The notes beneath the pieces are model-generated. The model did no database searches. It saw nothing but the letters and a program-made list of their open reading frames with translations, and was not told where the DNA came from. This document shows, one piece after another, positions 11,436 through 26,770 of a stretch of 64,000 nt of DNA (the stretch's first letter is position 1; every line of letters starts with the position of its first letter). The position numbers and the translations under genes are program-made. Source of the stretch: Eledone cirrhosa (lineage: Eukaryota); assembly GCA_964016885.1 (NCBI GenBank), contig OZ024746.1, forward strand, positions 38,006,001 through 38,070,000. Direction: 5' to 3'.

Positions 11436-14400
11436 GGTGGGGGTGAGAGATAGAGAGAGAGAGAGTGAGAGCTAGGGTGAGAGAATGGTAAGAGAGAAAG
11501 TGACACAGGCACACACCTATAACAACATATGCATCCATCACCTAAGTGCAAGTTTATGTAAATTTAACGAAGATCGACACGGAACGAATTCTTTTGAACA
11601 TGGCTTTTTGATCAATGCTAATTTCAGCCTAGCCAATAACAACAACAATAACAATAACAGTATTGATTTATTTTCGTAAATTTCATCAAGCTAAAGAACC
11701 ACAGGAATAAAAGTGAAATGACATACAAGGTAGTAAACGAAGTATTTGTCCCATAAGAAACTCTTATCAATCACTTTGGTGAATGTAGAAGCTGCGACAA
11801 GGCTGTAGTAGCATTAGTCGTAGTCTAAAATAAAATGAATGATTAAACTGTGGAATGTATTGAGTATTTTTTTTTTCGCACTGGAATAACGTGACATGCA
11901 TATAGATTTATAGATGTGTGTGTGTATAAACGAACTCACCACTAATACTATTACACCGACACATACACACACTTACAAATATTCACACTTATGTATGTGT
12001 CCGTGTGTACAGACGATAGAAACCTCCTGACGATCTACTATAAAATCAAAACAAAATAAAATAATAAGAAATTTAATCTGAATTTATCCAATGCTAATTT
12101 TGCATTTAATATGTGGATTTTATCCAGCTTTAATCTAGCTTGTAATATATTTTCACTACTATTCTGCATAGATTTTACTTTATTTTAATTGTTTCAAAGA
12201 ATCCTCTACTGTATAATTTTCACTTTTCCCTTTCCCCCATCGTTGTCAGTACTTGTTTCTCAGATGGACACGTTTTACACCATCTGCCATGAGTATTGGG
12301 GGACTGTTTTTAATGAAAAGCAATGAACTAATTTATCAAACCCCTTCCCAGAAGGTTAACAGCAAATATGCCGTCGATGTAATTTGAACTCAAAATGTTA
12401 TGTTTCGGCTATGATCTAAGAATTTTGCAGAAACCTATAAATAAAACATATATTTTCGTTCTACCTCATGTAGGTTCAAGAAGACAAAACAAAAATATAC
12501 GACACACCGTAACGTGCTGATTAATACTATTCTAAACAAAGTAATACAAAAACGCATATAAGCATTGTATATAGTATTAGATTAAGCGTATGTATTTCTT
12601 TAGTGTAACATTCTGTTAATGTCTTTCCTTTAGTAGTTGAGGAGTGTACATTATTCTACGTTCATTTACCAATTTTCTATAACATATTAAGTAGAGTTTG
12701 TAATAAGAGAATAAGTATAAATATCATTGAAAAAATATGCAATGTTTACTTTCTCAATGCATTTTGAGTTAAAATCATAGGAATGCTCATCTATGCTGCA
12801 TTGATGACATAAGAAGCCATTCAAGCACTGAAATCGATTCATATAATAACGCAGTCGCTCAAAATGTGAAATATAGTGTACAGATCGTCTTTCAAATAAC
12901 TTGCGAACTGTGTAACACAACGTGTTAGACATATGTATTGTAACATTGCAAATGATTCTGTTAGATGCGGATGAATTTTTATCTCAAATAGCAGAAAAAC
13001 CACCCCTCGGCTGGTTTTCTGCTAGCATGTGTAGTGTGTATATTGATATTATACGCAAGTATATATGCATGTAGAATCGTAATTGATAATATACACAGAA
13101 GTTGAACGAAGACAGTATTACACTGTCTTATGTATTCAGTAACGTAATCCATGAAACATTAAAAAAAGACGTTATTATATATAAACTGCATTAGAAGAAA
13201 ATTAGTGACAGAAATATATGAACATTTATTTAAACGATCCCTAACCAGAAGTGTTGACTTTTGAAAAGGTTAAAGAAGTGAATCTTTAAATAAGTAATAA
13301 AATATATTTAATGAACAGCCACGAAATTTAGTAGATAAATTATGTAATATTCATTCATTATTTATTCAAAGTAATTTATTTAAGGGGATAAAACATTATA
13401 AACCGTACGCATTCCTGCACTTCTTACTTTATTATATGTGAATTGGCAGTCATTAGAACGTCAGATAGAATGCATTACACTCAGACCTCGATACACACTA
13501 ACGTCAACTTCACTTAAAGTTAAACACAGATTAACGACAACATTACTCAGACTTCAACACGCTCTAAAGACTACTTTACTCAAAGTTCGATGAATAATGA
13601 TGAGTCCACCATTAGAGTCAACTCTTAAATGTCATCAGTCTCCCATTATTTATTTCTTACTACCTTTATTTCTTACTACCTTTCTCTGAAATTGATCCTC
13701 TGGGACCCTGCCTGGATAATGATGGGCTCTGATAAATTGAAGATACGGTGGATGTCAGAAGAGGGAGAATACAAGACTCGTATATCTGTACAATTCCACG
13801 GAACTGTTGCTAGGTTCTGAACTAAAACAAATTATTAGAGGCAACTAGAGCAAATTACAATACACTCACGTAACACAGAAACATCCGCCTTGACAATATG
13901 TAATAAAGTGCTGACGTTTTAAGAGATATATGTAAAAGGTTAACAAAATAAGAGATTAACATCTAACTATATTCAATTATTACTAAAAAAACGAAGCAGT
14001 CATATGCAAATTAGAAAACCATTAAATATTAAGTTGTTTAATTGAAAGTCATGCAATCAGTAATTGAATATATCCTTTAAAAATAGAGAACGTTACTTAA
14101 TTAGATATGCATTTAGTAATATATATGCACACAACCGTGTCCATACACACACATATAGTTAAATATACATACATATAAACAAACGAACATATATACATAC
14201 ATACAGGCATGCATAAATACAAACACACACACATTATGTGTGTGCGTGTGTGTGTGTGTGTTTCATTTTTCTTACTGATTATATCTTCTATATGTTTTAT
14301 GTGCAATATATAAAAAGTGTTGTACCAATATGAATTTTAATTTCAGATTGCTTGCCCATATAAGTCTCCTATATCAAGTACTCCATTAAAATGTGACGGA

Positions 14401-14517
14401 CTGAATGAATTGGGCTAACACCCCAACAAAATTTAATTACTTCCGTATATCACTAACATAACTGATTGTACATTCTAAGTGGTCGATACACTCGTTTATT
14501 TATACTAAGTTTGTACT

Positions 14518-14599
<82 letters not shown>

Positions 14600-14811
14600 C
14601 GTGTGTGTGTGTGCGTGTGTATAGAGAGAGATGAAGAGAGAGAGAGGTAGTTAGATAGATATATAGATATAGAGGCATATAGATATATATTTATATACAA
14701 AGAGAGAGTTTGGTAAAATACCGACCGCGGCGCCAAGTAGTTTCGGCTTGTGTGTATAAATCTATATATACATGTCTATGGGTATGTGTTTATGTGTGTT
14801 TTGTGTGATTG

Positions 14812-14870
<59 letters not shown>

Positions 14871-15724
14871 ATGTGTGTGTGTGTGTGGGTGGCTGTGTGT
14901 GGGTGTAAGATGATATTGCAGAATCTTTAAATATATATAGGATAGAGAAATCCTTTCTGTAATTGTTATCAATCGCGGAACAGTAAGTACAAATCCCGCT
15001 CAAGTCAATATTTTCTATCCTTTTAGTTTTGGTATATAATATATGAACAAAGTAAAGAGTTTAATGTCTTCTTTCTTTCTTCCACCTCACCTCAGTGGTT
15101 GTTGGTCAAGTATTTAAGTGTCTTCTATGTCAAAAAGCATAGAAAACATTATATAGAGCTGAAAAGAGTTACAGACACTTAAGTATATGGTGGTTACAGA
15201 TTATTTGGAAACACTCAGAATCACATCTTAACACTATTTGTGTAGGGTTAAATGTGTATTAATATTACTTTCTGTTACTGTGGAAAATAAAACATTTGCC
15301 TTCAATATTTCAATATAGCTTCTGTCTCTTCCTGTTTAGCAATATTGCAACGATAATGTATAATATAATTTTATAGAGACACTGCGTGGTCATTAGGTAA
15401 ATTCGCTGGAAGCATTGAACACTATGATGGCTGAAGTGATAAATCATATTCTTATTCCCATTTACAAATCATCTCTGACATTTATAATTCTCATCATTCA
15501 TTTTTTCATAGGGAATAACGAAAGGGGAGTTGTCGGAGACTAAAATGTTATGGCATTATATTTTATGTTTTTGAATAATATTTTCAGTTTTATTTCTTAT
15601 ATATTGCTACTTTTGTAGTATTAGATGCAATAAAAAAAACTTTAGTTATTTCTAAATATTATACCTTCTACTTCCTTAACAATTATTATTGAACTTTTTT
15701 TTATGCGGCGCAATACCATTATTT

Positions 15725-15905
15725 TTTGGCAGTATCTGTAGAGAGTCGGACGCCATGCTTTCCAGCATAGTTACGTCCTTTACGCTCTGAGTTCAAATCC
15801 CGCCGAGGTTAACTTTGCCTTTTATCCTGACGGGGTCGATAAAATAAAGTACCAGTAATGTACTGGGTATTTGCTGGCCTTGTGCCAAAAGTAGAAAGAA
15901 TTATT
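15725..15905 (+). mobile_element. tRNA-derived SINE (octopus-type)
   Basis: B-box GAGTTCAAATCC followed by cgccgaggttaactttgcc..ggggtcgataaaataaagtaccagt..ctggccttgtgccaaaagtagaaa. Near-identical copy at 18425-18600. Confidence 0.7.
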
Positions 15906-18424
15906 TTTAAAACATCGGTTATACTATAATATATGAATACTTAGTACTTAGATTAACTTCTCCAAATTAACGACATATGAATGTCAAACTGTAGAACAAA
16001 AATATATCTAATGCCTTACACATGAATATAGTTTAACATTTATCAATTTCCGACGAAGCTGATGTTTCTGAATTATCATATCTTTGAACAGATTGGTAAA
16101 TGATTTAACACAATATTTGTGCTTGTGAAACGGGTGCGATTGTGTGTGTCTAATTTGTAACAGCATGTGACTTGTGGAGTTGGGCATTGTATGGGTAAAC
16201 ATGTTTACTTTCCATCTGTTTGAAGCACAGTTGCGAATGTCTCCCTGTCACGATAGAGACCATATGCTGAAACAGTACATAGGGTAAAGGGAAATTTGGG
16301 TTTCAAGGTAATTTCTCACCAGCAGAATACATTTTTAATGATTTTAATCCAGTTTGACTTTGTACTGTTAACAAATGATAACCAGGTGGCGTTTTGGCTC
16401 CATTGATTTCGCAAGCAGCAGTTGTTATACCGATACAGTTTGTTGACTCATTTTCGTTCAAATATACATAGAGAGATTTAACATTTTTTGAGATGAAAAT
16501 AAAAATACATTATGTAATTCAAAAAGGAACTCGTAAGAATATATATATATATATGCATATATAAAATATATATTTATTACTATTTGCTTAAGTGAGAAAA
16601 TTTGATTATGTTGACAATTTTGAATGTCTAATGAATAACAACTCTACCGGAGATACTTCTCGTAGCGTAAAATATGAATACTACCTAATTATTCCACATC
16701 ATGTGGGGTTGTGGAATCAACCAGCCGTTTAGAGGAATTCATCACAAATTACGAATTGTTATCATGTTCACAGAAACGTAACCTTGCGTATCTTCCATAC
16801 AGTCCGTTACCATATTGAAATAATATAAATTCTGACTAAAATAAAGACACATCATAGATTGACATGGAACTTACCATGCATATTTGGAATATCATAAGAT
16901 GATAGCATTTTAGTCGCCACAGAACCTATTTCGATTTGCTGGTAAGTATTTGTGGAGAGGGTTGTAGTACATTGAAATATGATCTTAGGAATAGTTTCAG
17001 CTACATATCATAGGTAAGGTGTTGTCAGCAAATGTTACGAGTTTAGGAAGTATTGTGAATGGACTGTATTCTGTAATAGCAAATTACAAGAATGTTTGTT
17101 AATGACACTCACGCCACAAGTTCGGATTTAAAATAAATGTCAACAGATGGGATATAACAGAATGTAGCATTTATTGGCTAGGCATAGGGAAAACAGTTTT
17201 GCACATGTTGACTAAACTGCATTTAGTGTATAAGGAAATTTAACATTGTGATCTTTAAATGTCGTGTTTGATGCACGCAATGCTCAATATTTACCCAATA
17301 GTCTATGTTGATGAGATTGATAAAAAGGTTAGCTTCCAAATTTATGGATTTATCTGTTAATATCTATAGTGTCATGTATTATTATACAGTTGAAGTTAAC
17401 TTAAAACACATTATTTTCATTTAGAAACAAATAAATATATACTAGCATTAATGAAAACTTAACCATATTAAACAAATAATGAGTTGATATACTTCTGAAC
17501 TATACTAATAGATTTAGTCACCAACATTGTTAAACTCTTACTTTCCTTTTTGTCGCAAGAGAATTCATTCAATATTGCTTCACAGTTTCATGACGAAGTA
17601 CTTTGCAAAAGCGGCTTTGTCGATAAAATACGATATACGTATTAATGTTCGGAAATGCAAAATAGACCAGAAAATACTTTATGTTATAATCGAGTTTTTA
17701 GATTAAACATCGCAGCATTTTCGCCAGAGATTTCTTAGACATTTCTCTTTTTATTTTCAAATAAATCATATATGCCCGAAGCGCGTTTGTGGTACGATAT
17801 TAGGTAAACTCCTGTACTGCAGTATTCAACAATTTTATTTTATGATATATACAAGAGGATGTTGTCTTCTCTAACGTATAAATTCATCAAAGCAAGCAAT
17901 TAAACCCTTAACGTTAATGAACTTCCTTCCAATCTATATTACAAAAATCCACACCAATAATATTACTGCCTCAAAAAGATATATCGATGCGACTGAGAAT
18001 TTTTATTACAATTTTATCTAAAAATATGTACAGATATATATTTTAATTTTAGAAATATCCATTTCTATATATAGTCCATATTTACCGCACATACCTCTTG
18101 TAAATTAACACTACAATTACTGTTTAATTAAGAAATTATTTATTCATTTTCAAAACACTAAAAGAATGAATAAATGCTATAAAGAGGGGTGTGTACATAC
18201 TTCAATGTTAATATATTGCAATTATGTTACCAAATGGATGGTTAAAGGGGGATGGAATCTATCAAAAATGAGAAATTAGTATTTTGCATATTTTATAATC
18301 GATTAATAAAAGAAACTCCCTAGAATCTTTTACTAGCTACGTTGATGTTATCGACTTACTCACCACACATATACAATTTTGCTGCCATATGTCATTATTA
18401 TTATTATATATTTTCATACGCGGT

Positions 18425-18600
18425 GGATTTGCAGTATCGGTAGAGATCGGACGCAATGCTTTCCAGTATAGTTACGTCCCTTTACGGTCTGAGTTCAAAT
18501 CCCGCCGAAGTTAAATTTGCCTTTCACCCTTACGGGGTCGATAAAATAAAGTACCAGTAATGTACTGGATAATTGCTGGCCTTGTGCCAAAAGTAGAAAC
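18425..18600 (+). mobile_element. tRNA-derived SINE, second copy
   Basis: Aligns by eye with 15725-15905. Confidence 0.7.
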
Positions 18601-19979
18601 AATTGTATATTTTCATACGCATTGTCTACATACATATAAATTTTGCAGTTTATCACGCAGTTTATTCTTTTAAGCATATATATATATATATATACTTGTA
18701 CTCTTGTACTGTCTCAGAATTTGTATTTTCAAGGTTTTTCTACAGTGAACGATAATTATTTGAACTCTAAATACACTTTGCTATTTGGAAACTTTCAATG
18801 AATTCACTTGATCTTTTAACACCTTAATATGTTTTTCTATACTTTCTTGATAACGTGTCATCTTTCTACACATATATATATGGTACTCATTCTATGCTAC
18901 ATAACGTCAACTCTTAAATAAAAATAAATATCTCTATATTACATACCACAATGCCATTTAGCTCATAAATAGTGCTGGAGAACAGCAGATTTCTTTTTCA
19001 AAATCAGCGTCTCAAGCAGATGGGTTTTGGTTATTCTGCCAAAGGTAGAAACAATTATCAATCACTGTTACTGTGACAATGTATATAGTCTGGCGTTTAT
19101 TAATCATCTCATGCATTCCTTCAATGGGACCTCCCTCGACTTATGCCGTCAGCTGGGGGCATTGTTTTCGCTATGAGGTGATCAGAGGTTTATGAGAAGT
19201 CGTTCTTGCTAAATTATACAAAAAAAAACAGATAACAATTCAAAATACAGCTCCACTGAATATATTTCCATCGAAACCAAATTGGGGACGATTAACGATT
19301 CCGAAGCACGTGCCACGAGAAATATGTAGCCGGAAATGAGGCACATGAGTTTGACTTGAAATAAAAGGGAAATTGAAAACAAGTAATTCTGTTGTGAAAA
19401 TTGGCCGGCAACGACGATATACTTTTCTAGTATATATATATATGGTTAGAAGGAAGCTGAGGAGGTGAGTACGACACTATTTAACTTTTCTCCTCTGTTT
19501 TAACATTCTTAATTATCCGTGCAACTGTTATGCTCTATCACTCTCATTGCTTCTTTTTTTCTTTCTCGCTATCTCTCGATCTATATATCCCCCATCTCTC
19601 ATATGATTTACGCTCTATTCCTTTCGTTCTCTCCCTACGTCTTTCATCGTTGTTCCGTTCATAAATGGTTATATTTTCACCCGACCCCTTGGAATTCATC
19701 ATAGCTGCTGGCTGTTAAAAAAAAACACGAGTCATCTTTGATGTATCCGGCCGAGCGTTATCACAAAGGAATCGAAAGGATCCATGGCGTGGGCGTACCT
19801 GTGGATCTGTTGTCAGTCTGTCATGTTGTTGGGAATATACGTCAGAGATTTTGTTAGTTTTCGGTTGGATCAGCGTGTATTGCATGGCATATTTTCAGTC
19901 CCACAAGACGCTCAGTAAGAGCCTTGCAAGGGTGGAAGACAGACTTTGCTTGTCATTGTGGCACCACACTCTCTTTATC

Positions 19980-20652
19980 AATCTACGATCGCTGGCGCTT
20001 GATATTAATATAGATACACCACTTTTCATCACCAGGGAAAATAGAACGTAACTAGTTGGTTGTCTGTTGGCAAGGGAGCAGAGAATTCGCACCTGCCGCC
20101 AGACATTCACTATTACCGTCAGTCAGATTGTAGGGCACCCATTGGTCCAGCTTGGACTCCTTTTCTATTGCATACAAATTTAGGAAAAGTTGTTTTCGAT
20201 GTACCAAACAGGTAGGAGAGGTGACAAGATTCTTGTTGAACATGGATCGGCTTCCACCATCTCATGCAGTCGTTCCACATTGATGTCTGATGGACATCCT
20301 GTTCGAGATCCACCTTCAAAGCTATAATCATCAGAACGGAAGCGTGAAAACCAGACCCTAAAAACTGCGTTCCGATATGATGTGTGACCAAAATGCATCG
20401 TTAATGTGATTACACGATAATGCTGCTCTTAAGCCAGATTTGAAGCCATAAAGTTAACAGCTACGAATAAACGATTTGGATAGGCCAGTGTTGCTTCCCT
20501 TTTGACGGCGTAACAGAATTAGAAAAATGCACATAACGCATACCAACGTTACTTCTTATATATATGCGCATGGGCAAATTCGAACATATACAGAAACCTC
20601 TACCAAAATACCTCCTTTTGAAAAAGGTGGGAACTTTCTGTTCATCCCAATA
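19980..20652 (-). mobile_element. Decayed mariner transposon (5' TIR and N-terminal transposase)
   Basis: Frameshifted peptides WFSRFRSDDYSFEGGSRTGCP, KLDQWVPYNL (WVPHEL motif) and GDEKWCIYIN. TIR-like TATTGGGATGAACAGAAAGTTCC starts at 20652 on the minus strand. Confidence 0.8.
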
Positions 20653-21460
20653 ATAAAGAGAGTTGACAATAAATTGATGAAAGTGAGAGAATTGACCAAT
20701 GCTGTAATCAGATTACAAATGGTTGAGAAAAGGGCTTGATAGTAAATGTCTAGCAAGAACAAACAGTGAGAGAGAGAAAGAGAGACAGATTAATTGTTAT
20801 AATTGGTAGAGAGAAAAAGAGAAAGACATATATAAAAAGAAAGGCAGTAGACAAGAAGAGTCGAAACGAAGTTAACTGACCAGTGAAGTTACACACGGAT
20901 GGCAAAGAGGTTATATATGACGTTTAAATAAAGAAAGGTAATGAAAACAGAGTAAGGGGTGGAAGATAGAGTGGAAGTGAGAGTTCATTATATAATTATA
21001 TATATAATGAAATTGTGTAGGTAGCATCTTTCCACTGCCAATAGTTACTATGTATGATTGTATAAGCATATATACACCTTGATGAACGCACTTATCAGAC
21101 ATTTTTACCCGTAAACATTTTCCATACGCAGATAGACAGGGATACACATACACACACAAACACTAATGCACACACACATACACAAATTCAAACACATACA
21201 TACACAAACACACACACATATATATATATACATATATTATTAAAAAGAAGAGACACTATCTTGATAGGATTATAATCGATCATATCGACTATAGTATTTA
21301 TAATTTTCGAGCGTGTGATTTATCGATTTATTTTTTGTCCTCCAAGGGATACTAACGTAAATATAGACACCGTTACAGACACACATGTACGCTCACAAGC
21401 TTACACAGATATATATAACTTAAAATGATGTGTCAGTATATATATATATATAGTGTGTGC

Positions 21461-21512
<52 letters not shown>

Positions 21513-21965
21513 TTTACAATATTAATATGTCCAAAGTTGGTATAAATTTCCAAGCATTTAGAGCAGTCAGTCCATCTGCGGAATTAAGTAAAAATTAGTA
21601 AGAAACAGTACCATGTACTGTTTTGTTCGGTTGTTTACCCAAACTTATTCATTTGTCAGGATGTCTGAAGCTAGTTTCGTCGGTCAAGACACGACAATTG
21701 AACCGGCTGTCAGACATTTCTAGTCTGCTGTCTCTCGTTGCTGAAGGGCATTTCTACTTCATACATCACCATTGGAGTGTTACACTGTTGTTCCAGGAGG
21801 CTTGCCTCTCGCCTTGTTCATGATCATCCATAAGCCTTCTAAGGCTTTTGCGTTTGCTGGTGATGCAGGATTTCACAATTTTGGAAGCCGTTTACCTTTT
21901 TATGACAGATTGAATGAGTTGGCATAAACAGCCCAACGGATTTAAATACCTGTACATGTCATTGT

Positions 21966-22032
<67 letters not shown>

Positions 22033-22183
22033 CATTAAACTAAATACTGCAATGAAGATGTACAGAACACTTCCAACTGAACGCGTGCACATGAGTTTCC
22101 TCTGCTTATGTCTGGGTTATAGTATTGAATTTAATAATACAGTAAACCTCTTCCATGGGCTGACAGCTCTAGAACCTGTATAT

Positions 22184-22337
22184 CTAGATAGGGGTAACTA
22201 TAGAGGCATTAAATTAATCGACCAGGTCATGAAGGCCACAGAAAAAGTAATAGCGCAACTAATCAGAGAGCGAATTGATCTAGATGAAATGCAGTTCGGG
22301 TTTGTGTCAGGTAAAAGTACCACAGACGCGCTCTTCA
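22184..22337 (+). pseudogene. Short RTE-clade reverse transcriptase fragment
   Basis: [50 protein letters not shown], the typical NYRGI..QFGF..G.STTDA segment of RTE RTs. Confidence 0.8.
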
Positions 22338-22341
22338 AGTA

Positions 22342-22494
<153 letters not shown>

Positions 22495-22650
22495 GAGATA
22501 TAGATATAGATATAGATATATATTTCGAATTATTCAGTCTCCGTCCATAATTAAACAGGCATCAATACACATACGAACATACATTCTAGTATGTATGTGC
22601 ATGCACCTATGCATGTGTCACATTTTCTTCTATATATATAAATATATATA

Positions 22651-23460
22651 TAGTTAGAGAAGCAAAAAATTGCTTATTGTGATCCAGATTTTGGTTAAGA
22701 AAGCCAGTTTCATGGATGGTTTCAACGTACGGTTAGGGGTAACTCCACAAGTTTGTAAGAATTCCGTTCAATCTCGGAGTATAAAGTATATAAGAGAAAA
22801 CACAGGTAAGCATTAAGAGAAGGATTTTATCCAGGTATTTACGACCGTTTCATTGGTAAGTGCAACCTTATATTGCTATACTGCAAATAGCAGCCACTCA
22901 ATTATAATTGTTGTTCACAGTCCAAATTTTCAAAATAGTAAGTTACTCTTGAAATAATTCTTAATATATAGAGAAAAACATTTATTTGGAATTGTACTTA
23001 CTAGTATAGAGAGAGAGGAATCAGGAGGTGAGGGGACAGACGCAATAGTATATATAGAGAGAGAGGAAGAGGGAAGAGGTAGGAAGTAGAATGACAAACT
23101 GAGATGGAGGGAGGGGTAGAGGTGGAAGGATTCCTTGGTCAGTTTTGATAGCAGACTTCATGTCGTGAGTGTGGTGAGTTAAAAAGAATTAAATCTATGC
23201 TATTCCGTCTGTCCCCTCACCTCCTGATTCCTCTCTCTCTATACTATTAAATACAATTCCAAATAAATGTTTTTCTCTATATATTAAGAATTATTTCAAG
23301 AGTAACTTACTATTTTGAAAATTTGGACTGTGAACAACAATTATAATTGAGTGGCTGCTATTTGCAGTATAGCAATATAAGGTTGCACTTACCATTGAAA
23401 CGGTCGTAAATACCTGGATAAAATCCTTCTCTTAATGCTTACCTGTGTTTTCTCTTTTCT
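22651..23460. mobile_element. Non-coding inverted insertion of PLE family B 3' ends between (TA)n tracts
   Basis: Arms ~22790-23042 and ~23206-23457 are reverse complements. The sequence matches the 3' UTR (51410-51815) downstream of the GIY-YIG fragment at 50668-51074. Confidence 0.8.
23311..23412 (+). ncRNA. Type I hammerhead ribozyme with U3-A8 core and long stem II (family B)
   Basis: tatt-TTGAAAA-tttgg...ccatt-GAAA-cggtcg-TA-aata. Other copies at 22836-22937 (-), 27893-27966 (-) and 51665-51766 (+, GAAG). Confidence 0.6.
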
Positions 23461-23477
23461 AAATATATATATATATC

Positions 23478-24113
23478 ATAGAAAAAAAGAGAATCAGTGT
23501 TGCGACGAATGGAGTTTATTGGACGATCGATGTATGATCGAACCTGATTTTGAAAATCGCAAGGTCCTCAGATACCTCTTGATTCTACAACGCAGATTTT
23601 CCTAATGTCCTTTTACATCGATATCATTTGCCTGTCGGCTTAGATCCTGTTTTTGTCATTCTACGAGTGGTCAAGAAGTGTACACATCATCGATATTTCT
23701 AGCCACTCATGGTATTTGGTTCTTTTCATTCTCCACCTGTCGATCAAAATTGTTTCTTAGATCGGAATTACTGCTGTAGAAGGTAAGGGGTTGTATGCTT
23801 GAACTGTGGGCGGCTCTTCGACGTCCTCTCTGTCTTTAGGCGCCCTCCCCCACAGCGATCCCTTACACAGCCGCAACTGTATTGTATGCCACAATCACCG
23901 TAAATAATGCTTGGAGGGAATTTTTAAAACAATTTAGAAAAATATTTAGCATAACGTTTCAAGAAAACAGCCTCAGAATACCTTAAAACACAGAGAAATG
24001 ATTGTAATATATCCAATATATTCCATTCGTCGCAACACTGATTATCTTTTTTTCTGTGATATCTATGAGAGCATCGAGTGCTCAAACAGCCTACCGCATA
24101 CGGACGCCTTAAG

Positions 24114-24118
<5 letters not shown>
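23478..24118. mobile_element. Insertion with short inverted ends (family C PLE-like 3' ends) between (TA)n tracts
   Basis: aatcagtgttgcgacgaatgga (~23490) and its reverse complement (~24022-24043). Homologous to 41074-41199. Confidence 0.6.
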
Positions 24119-24198
<80 letters not shown>

Positions 24199-24259
24199 GT
24201 AGAACACTGGAAGGTAATATCCGTAGTGGTAGAATACTCAGTCCATGGGACGAGTTAGG

Positions 24260-24371
24260 TAGAAGTGGTTACACAACAGTTAGTTCACAATACCGAGAAC
24301 AATTGTTTCACCCGCTAAGGTGAAACAATTGTTCTCGGTAGGGTGAACTATCTGTTGTGTAACCACTTCTA
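24260..24371. repeat. Fold-back palindrome of HHR 3' halves with a one-sided tail (24195-24259), flanked by (TA)n
   Basis: Centre tttcacc-cgctaa-ggtGAAA-caattg-TT-ctcggta; stem III is the palindrome ACAATTGT. Confidence 0.8.
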
Positions 24372-24460
24372 TATATATATATACTCATATTTATGTGGAT
24401 ATATATACATAAATATGAGTATATATTAAACACACACACACACACACACACACACATATG

Positions 24461-24518
<58 letters not shown>

Positions 24519-24919
24519 TGTATATATATGCACGTAGGTGTGTATATAATGATAGATATATATATATGTGTGTGTGTGCGTGTGTGTGTGTGTGAATTAT
24601 AAATTCCTTATACCTTGCCAGCATATTATTTCGCTGTATACATTATATGTGTATAGTATGTGTTTGTGTGTGTGTGTGTGTTCGTGTGACTGTCTGTGTA
24701 AATATGTGTACGTAGGTATAAGCAATACACACCATTTGCTACACGTATCTTAATACCTTAATGCACCTAAAAAAATACAAGGCATTAATCACGTTAGAGC
24801 TCAATAAGAAATTTAAAATAAATTAATTGGTTAGTTCTATGGCTATATCTATTTGAAAATTTGAACGGAAATTAAAGAATTTTGTATATACCATACAAAT
24901 TAGGTATGTTCATTTTAGA

Positions 24920-24979
<60 letters not shown>

Positions 24980-25186
24980 GTGTCTATGCGTGTGTATCAA
25001 TTTTTGTGATTGGCATACACACACATATGTGTTTATATGTTTGTGTATGTATATATATATATGTATATATATATGGTGGGGTGTATTATATATTTTGATG
25101 TATATATGATTTTCTATGTGCATTATCACACCCATATATATAGCTATATATACATATATAAATACGTATATATATATATATATATT

Positions 25187-25242
<56 letters not shown>

Positions 25243-26213
25243 GGGGGTAGGTGTTAATATATGGGAATGTGCGTGTGGTTTTGTGTCTCTGTGTGTGCCT
25301 GTGTATAGTTCTATATGTATGCATGCACATTAATAAAAAGGTTAAAGTACATCGGCAGAAATAATTTTAGATGATGATTTATTGGAATTTTTCAACGAAT
25401 TTAAATTAATCTAGATATATTTTCCCAATCTCTACTAAATGCATTTCAAATATCTGTAAGGCGGAAAAGTATTGTTATTTTGAGGAACTCTGTAGGAGAA
25501 CGGGATAATGTAATAAAATGTGATGCTGAAGGAAGTAGATATATAAATTATGGGAGAGAAATGTGAGTAGCTGTGTAGAGTGAGTAGACACTTTATTTAC
25601 AAGTGAGTGTCAAAATGCATAATAAAGTTTTAGATGAGGTTCGGTTTTTGAATGTTAAATTATAATATCTGAAACTTAATGGAATTTAATGATTTTAATT
25701 TCAAAGAAAACATCGATAGTATAAGAGAGAATGACATTCCTGTGTGCTGGAAGCATATCTGTGCGTGGAATGCTAAATCAATTGTTCATTTGGTGTCAAG
25801 TATAAGTACGAAACATCCAGGATGACAATAGATCACCATGATGATGCTACAATTTCGACCATACACAAGGGTGTTGCTACTCTGAGTAAGACTCTAAAAA
25901 CTGTTAAAGCCCTCTTGAATCAAGTGTGTATTTCGACCGATTGTATATCTCTGGGTATTAATAAGATCACTGGAATTGGAAGTAGTCTTATTTCAGAGTA
26001 GGGAATAGCATACGCCTTATGTGACAATAACTTACTATGCTCAAGAGTATATAGTTGAGTAATCCCACATCTTGTGTAATTACGTGCATTGCTTTCAACC
26101 GATGCAGTGCCTTGTCATTAGTACAGCAAGGCGAATACATAAATTATAATAATAATGTTTACGATTGCAAACAACACGAGGCAAGAAATACAAGAGTTAT
26201 GAAAACGTAATGT

Positions 26214-26282
<69 letters not shown>

Positions 26283-26453
26283 TCAGTGATGTTTCTATGT
26301 TTCCTCCCGTTAACGGGATAAACATTGGTTGCCAGCTGCATTAATTTTAGAAATATAAAAATTATATTGAAGCGAAAACGAATCCAAACCAAACTGTGAG
26401 TGTGTTTTACTATATTTGTCTCACAATATTATAACATGATCCTCCCCCAAAAT

Positions 26454-26484
<31 letters not shown>

Positions 26485-26521
26485 CGAGTGAGAAATGAAA
26501 TTTCGTTTCATTTTTTCCGTT

Positions 26522-26553
<32 letters not shown>

Positions 26554-26579
26554 TATATACAGTTGAAGCAAATTCAGGA

Positions 26580-26770
26580 GCTTGTCCGTCCGCTTCCTCT
26601 TTGCAGCAGTTGCAATCAACTCTTCAGACGTTCTAGGACCCCGTACAGCTGACCTCTTTCGTAATAGCAGCCCGTCGGAGGAATGAGGTGGTTGTGATAG
26701 TGTGTGTCGCTGGCATTTTCTGCGGAAATACCTTAGCCATTTTGTGCACGGAGCGCAGCTGGAATATCTT
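26580..26770 (-). pseudogene. Possible Tc1/mariner transposase C-terminal relic
   Basis: APCTK..LSQPPHSSD..RGPRTSEEL resembles the (H/W)PP(Y/Q)SPDL region. Short and degenerate. Confidence 0.35.

Noticed and set aside
15725-18600. tRNA genes at the GAGTTCAAATCC boxes
   Set aside because: No cloverleaf; the boxes are heads of a dispersed SINE.
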